Source of the DNA: Eledone cirrhosa
Lineage: Eukaryota
Reading direction: 5' to 3'
Length of the DNA stretch: 64,000 nucleotides
NCBI GenBank assembly: GCA_964016885.1
Contig: OZ024756.1
Coordinates: forward strand, 6,820,001 to 6,884,000
Shown here: positions 58,685 through 64,000 of the stretch, in pieces
How the letters are laid out: every line of letters begins with the position of its first letter
Numbering within the stretch: the first letter of the stretch is position 1
Position numbers and translations under genes: made by a program
The notes under the pieces: generated by a model
Databases searched by the model: none
Told to the model about the DNA's origin: nothing
What the model saw: the letters and a program-made list of their open reading frames with translations, nothing else

Positions 58685-59333
58685 GTACACATACTTGCAT
58701 ATACATACACATACTTACATATACACATACATATACATATACATACACATACTTGCATATACATACACATACTTGCATATACACATACATATACATAGAC
58801 ATACACATACTTGCATATACATACACATACTTGCATATACACATACATATACATACACATACTTGCATATACATACACATACTTGCCTATACATACACAT
58901 ATACAAATACATACACATACTTGCATATACATACACATATACATACACATACGTGCATATACATACACATATACATATACATACTTGCATATACATGTAC
59001 ATATACATACATACACATATATATACTAGCATATACATACATAAACTTGCATATACATATATATATATATATATATACTTGTATATACATATACATATAC
59101 CTACATACACATATACATACTTGCATATACATACACATACTTGCATATACATATACATATACATACACATACTTGCATATACATACACTTATACATACAT
59201 ACACATATACATACTTGCATATACATATACATACTTACATATACATATACATATACATATACATACACATACACATACTTGCATATACATATACATATAG
59301 ATGCTTGCATATACATACATATATACATACTTG

Positions 59334-59367
<34 letters not shown>

Positions 59368-59930
59368 CATACACGTGCACCCAAATATGCATATACATAA
59401 ACACATACATACACATACATACGTATACATACACGTTCACACACATATTAATATACAGACATATATACATACATACGTATACATACACGTACACACACAT
59501 TTGCATATACACATGCACGTACACACACACACATATGTATACATATACATAAGCATACACACGCGAACATACACATAATCATACGTATACATACATGTAC
59601 ACAGAGATATGATAACACGCACCTGCACACACAAACATACATTCACATATACGCTTACACATATACGCTTACACATATGCATACACACACGCACATACAG
59701 ACAAACATACATACACTTGCATATACATATACATACATATACAAACACAAATGCATACGTACATAAGCATGCATACACCTACACATCGACATAAGAATAC
59801 ACATAGACATACATACACGTATGCATACACAGATAAACATATACACATATGCATACATGTACGTACACATACATAAACATACATACATACATACAGACAC
59901 ACATACATACATACACACACACATACAATA
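58220..59930. repeat. Degenerate (CATA)-based repeat with a tacttgcatatacatacaca subunit
   Basis: Direct inspection. Confidence 0.92.
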
Positions 59931-60181
59931 ACTGACGTTGACACTTCTCTCTGTGTACTAATGTTGTACAAAGTCATACACGCGTCGTCAAACAATAGGA
60001 ATAATACAGAAACGTGTTTACACCTCGCTTTCTCTCTCTCTCTCTCTCTCTCTCCCTCTCTCTCTCTCTCTCTTTCTTTCTCTCTTTCTCTCCCTATTTC
60101 TCTCTCTCTCCCTCTCTCTCTCTCTGTTTTTCTAATTCTCGATATCTTGCTCTTTAGCTGACATTTACACTGTTCTTTTGT

Positions 60182-60240
<59 letters not shown>

Positions 60241-60242
60241 AA

Positions 60243-60635
60243 AGTTCTATTTAAAATTGTTGGGATACAACAAGTAAATATTTTTATAACTGATATAAAG
60301 CACTCGACAATTTTTGGAGTAGATATACGATATTAATAAATAGAAACTATATTTATAAAACCATATTTATTTCATTATACATATTTCTGGGATACCACAT
60401 TAAATTATGGTATGCCTTCATCAGACAAAATACAACATATGACAGTTTTACAAATAGGTTTGACAGCCTCCAAAAGTAATGGTTGTATTTAAAGGGTACG
60501 TCAAACCTATTTGTAAAACTGTTATATATTGTATTTTGTCTGATGAAGGCATACCATAATTTAATGTTGTATCCCTGAAATATGTATAATGAAATAAATA
60601 TGGTTTTATAAATATAGTTTCCATTTATTAATATC

Positions 60636-60637
<2 letters not shown>
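60243..60637 (-). mobile_element. Family G palindrome (60327-60637) with left tail, hammerhead motif in both arms
   Basis: tattttgt CTGATGA aggcatacc...ccct GAAA tatgt ATA atgaaata. Confidence 0.82.
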
Positions 60638-60688
<51 letters not shown>

Positions 60689-60868
60689 ACGCCGGGCTAA
60701 ACTGGTAGTATGATATATAGAGATATGATATTTGATTACGAGCTGAGGATCCGCTAAGGTGAAACAATTGTTCTCAGTGTGGTGAACTAACTGTTGTGTA
60801 ATCACTTCTACCTAACTCGTCCCATGGAATGAGTGCTCTACCACTACGGATATTACCTTGCAGTGTTC

Positions 60869-60933
<65 letters not shown>

Positions 60934-61239
60934 ATACTTGGGGATCTCAAAACGAAAGATTTATGATAAACTATATATATGTGTTTGTGTCTATATTGTA
61001 TCTGTATTATTTTTGACCGTCGGTCAGTCAATGGCAACATTGAGGACCGAATAAATTAGATAAGCGATATAAAAGACACAGAAGCGAAAAGCGAAAACCA
61101 ACCAAACAGTGAGTGTGTTCTGTTATTAATTCTGGCAATATTATTACAACAATATGACCCTCCCCAAGTATAACAATATTTGTTTCGACACACGATTTCA
61201 TATCAAAAACCTCGCAAAACTAATTCATCGCCGCTACAG

Positions 61240-61352
61240 TCCGAGTTCAAATCCTGCCGAGGTTAACTTCACCTTTCATCCTTACAGGGTCGATAAAATA
61301 AAGAACCAGTAATGTACTGGATAATTGTTGGCCTTGTGCCTAAAGCAGAAAC

Positions 61353-61355
<3 letters not shown>
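61240..61355 (+). mobile_element. 5'-truncated SINE (family A)
   Basis: gagttcaaatcctgccgaggttaac... Confidence 0.8.
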
Positions 61356-61411
<56 letters not shown>

Positions 61412-61489
61412 GGAATACTGTTGGCTTCTTGCTACAATAATTTCTATACTTTTTATTTTTATATATATATATATAAGCTATTAATTTCA

Positions 61490-61878
61490 CAATGATAATA
61501 ATAAAAAAAAAGGCAAGATATTTTACATATTCATTTCATTGTTTTACGATCGTTTCGGAGGGTTAATCATATTGATATATTGACTGATCTATAATAGTGT
61601 CTGATAGTATACGGTTCTCTAATTACTATAGATCAGTCAATTTATCAATATTATCAACCTTCCGAAATGATCATAAACACAATGAATGAGATATTTAAAA
61701 TAACTTGCCTTTGTTATTATTGTTAAACTAATATGTAATATATTAGACTCTGTATCTAAAAGATTGACTCAGCGAAACACGGAGCTAATCTCAGGATCTC
61801 ACTGAACTACTTGATAACGGATTACATTGAGTTCTAACTACGGTAGAGTCCCTACAACGGGAGATAAACCACATTGAA
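61490..61878 (+). mobile_element. Diverged palindrome + tail PLE-like element
   Basis: Inverted arms about 61490-61597/61624-61725; tail ...gattacattgagttct like 7784-7918. Confidence 0.7.
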
Positions 61879-62237
61879 ATATATATATATATATTAGATA
61901 GGGGGCGGAAACAAACAACTAGACCATGACCCAACAGACTCCTCGATACCTGAGCTAGTAGAGTGGGTAATATGAAAAGATTCAGGAGCTCTACGGCTGG
62001 AGCTCAACCGCTGAAGTCCTGAATCTCTTCACACACACACACAAATATATATATATAAGTGTATATATATATATAACGAAGGAAATCTGGTAAGAAACCA
62101 GATGGAGCATAACGCACCAAAGTACTCAATATTTAGGGTAGTAGAGTGGGTAATAGGAACGAGTAGGACCCCGACGGCTGAGCTCAAGCCGTTTCGACGG
62201 CTAATTCTGGACTAAAATGTCAGGGGTCCTACTCGTT

Positions 62238-62282
<45 letters not shown>

Positions 62283-62532
62283 GAGAGGTATAGAGATTGT
62301 TTTAGCAAGAAGCTAACGGCATTCTATAACATATATGCGACTATAACGTCAAGATGGGAAAAGTAGTTAACGAAAGATTTAGGAAAAATAACTCAGACTC
62401 ATCTCAAAAGAGAATCAGGATATAAATTCATCCACAGAATTTAGTAAAATCCATGGAAAAATCTATAGACCTTTAACACATGATAAAATAAAGTTTGAAA
62501 CACTCATCCTTCAATTTGGAATAACATCAAAT

Positions 62533-62613
62533 GCTCTGTATAGTCTTAAAAGACTATTTCATGAAAACTTTCAGTGGAGATGGTCACGGTTGGATTTCAT
62601 TCATCAGCAGAGC
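62533..62613 (-). ncRNA. Canonical type I hammerhead ribozyme
   Basis: gctctg CTGATGA atgaaa..tttcat GAAA t-agtct-ttta-agact ATA cagagc; all three stems perfectly paired. Confidence 0.9.
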
Positions 62614-63160
62614 TCAACAGAAACCAGGGCTCTCACAGTAATATAATCCGAAAAAGGGAATTCTAAAACTGGCTAGTTCACCTTCATGTGTATTTATGAA
62701 AAAGCACATGAGGAAAAAACGGGGCTAGTGACGTCAGGGTGGAAGTGAATGTTTATTTACAAGAAATAGCAGTCAAATACATTCTGAAAAAAACTCTACA
62801 AAGGAGTTCAGCAAAATAGCAATAATTATCACAGTTTTTATGAAAAAAACCGGGATTAGTCACAGATAGTTTAAGCACTCTAGGAAAAGAATCCGAGTAT
62901 AAATATAAATGAGAGGTATAGAGATTGTTTTAGCAAGAAGCTAACGGCATTCTATAACATATATGCGACTATAACGTCAAGATGGGAAAAGTAGTTAACG
63001 AAAGATTTAGGAAAAATAACTCAAACTCATCTCAAAAGAGAATCAGGATATAAATTCATCCACAGAATTGAGTAAAATCCATGGAAAAATCTATAGACCT
63101 TTAACTCATGATAAAATAAAGTTTGAAACACTTATCCTTCAATTTGGAATAACATCAAAT

Positions 63161-63241
63161 GCTCTGTATAGTCTTAAAAGACTATTTCATGAAAACTTTC
63201 AGTGGAAATGGTGACGGTTGGATTTCATTCATCAGCAGAGC
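63161..63241 (-). ncRNA. Canonical type I hammerhead ribozyme, second copy
   Basis: Identical core and stems; two substitutions in loop II only. Confidence 0.9.
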
Positions 63242-63552
63242 TCAACAGAAATGTATATATAATATGATACGAAACAAAAGGAGTTGTGTGGTTACTAAAA
63301 ACAAGGTTTAGGATGGTGGTTTGGTCGGAACAAGAGGAGAAAAGAAGAAAGAATCCTTCGTCAGCTGTAAACCTGCGATCCAGATGTTTCGGCGCTTATT
63401 TACGAGACAAAAGGAAGGAAAAAGAGGGAAAAGGGGAAGAAGAAAAAAGGGGAATAGGTGGTGAGGAGAAAAGAAGAAAAAGAAAAGGGAAAAAGGAGAA
63501 TAAAACAGGTGAACAGATCCCATCGTATACATGTATGTATGTGTTTGTGTGT

Positions 63553-63589
<37 letters not shown>

Positions 63590-63592
63590 TAT

Positions 63593-63642
<50 letters not shown>

Positions 63643-63869
63643 AAAGTGCAATTGGATAGCGTTCACAGGAGCTATGCCAAGATGAGTATTCGATGGTATT
63701 GGGGAGTAGAGTATCAATAATAATAATTAGGGAACAAATCAGTATATGATACAATACTGATTCCTTGTTCCCTAATTATTATTATCAGTTGAAGTATTCT
63801 TTGACTATGCAAGGAATACTTCAACTGATAAGGTATGTTCCTTGGCTATGCCAAAATTTATAAAACACA

Positions 63870-64000
63870 CTTTGTATTTTATCTGATGAAAGCGTACCAA
63901 AGTTTTTGGTACCCTTGAAATATATATAATAGAATAAATATGGTTTTATAAATATAGTTTCCATTTATTTAATATCATTGAATATTTACTCCAGAGAACT
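63870..64000 (+). mobile_element. Family G 3' end with hammerhead (63875-63936)
   Basis: tattttat CTGATGA aagcgtacca-aagttt-ttggtaccctt GAAA tatat ATA atagaata. Confidence 0.8.

Larger units (their letters stand above)
62277..63252 (-). repeat. Tandem 628-bp unit (about 1.55 copies) with two hammerheads (retrozyme-like)
   Basis: atgagaggtatagag at 62281 and 62909. Confidence 0.92.

Overview
AT-rich eukaryotic (animal) repetitive, non-genic DNA. The density of (TA)n microsatellites and the tRNA-SINE sequences suggest an octopod cephalopod; this is inference. No host protein-coding gene is supportable, and almost all listed ORFs are translated microsatellites. Real coding remnants are a nearly full-length L1/Tx1-clade LINE (about 30.9-36.6 kb), a 5'-truncated R4/Dong-clade RLE LINE sitting in (TAA)n (18.9-20.6 kb), two Penelope-like (GIY-YIG) remnants and several RTE fragments. 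The dominant unexplained structure is a dense, multi-family population of non-coding 'palindrome + unpaired tail' elements and head-to-tail tandem units (457, about 470, 538 and 628 bp), mostly embedded in (TA)n. Most carry type I hammerhead ribozyme motifs, some with visible compensatory base changes. This points to a large Penelope-associated, retrozyme-like ribozyme/circRNA system. All structures were folded by eye; coordinates are approximate to a few bases.
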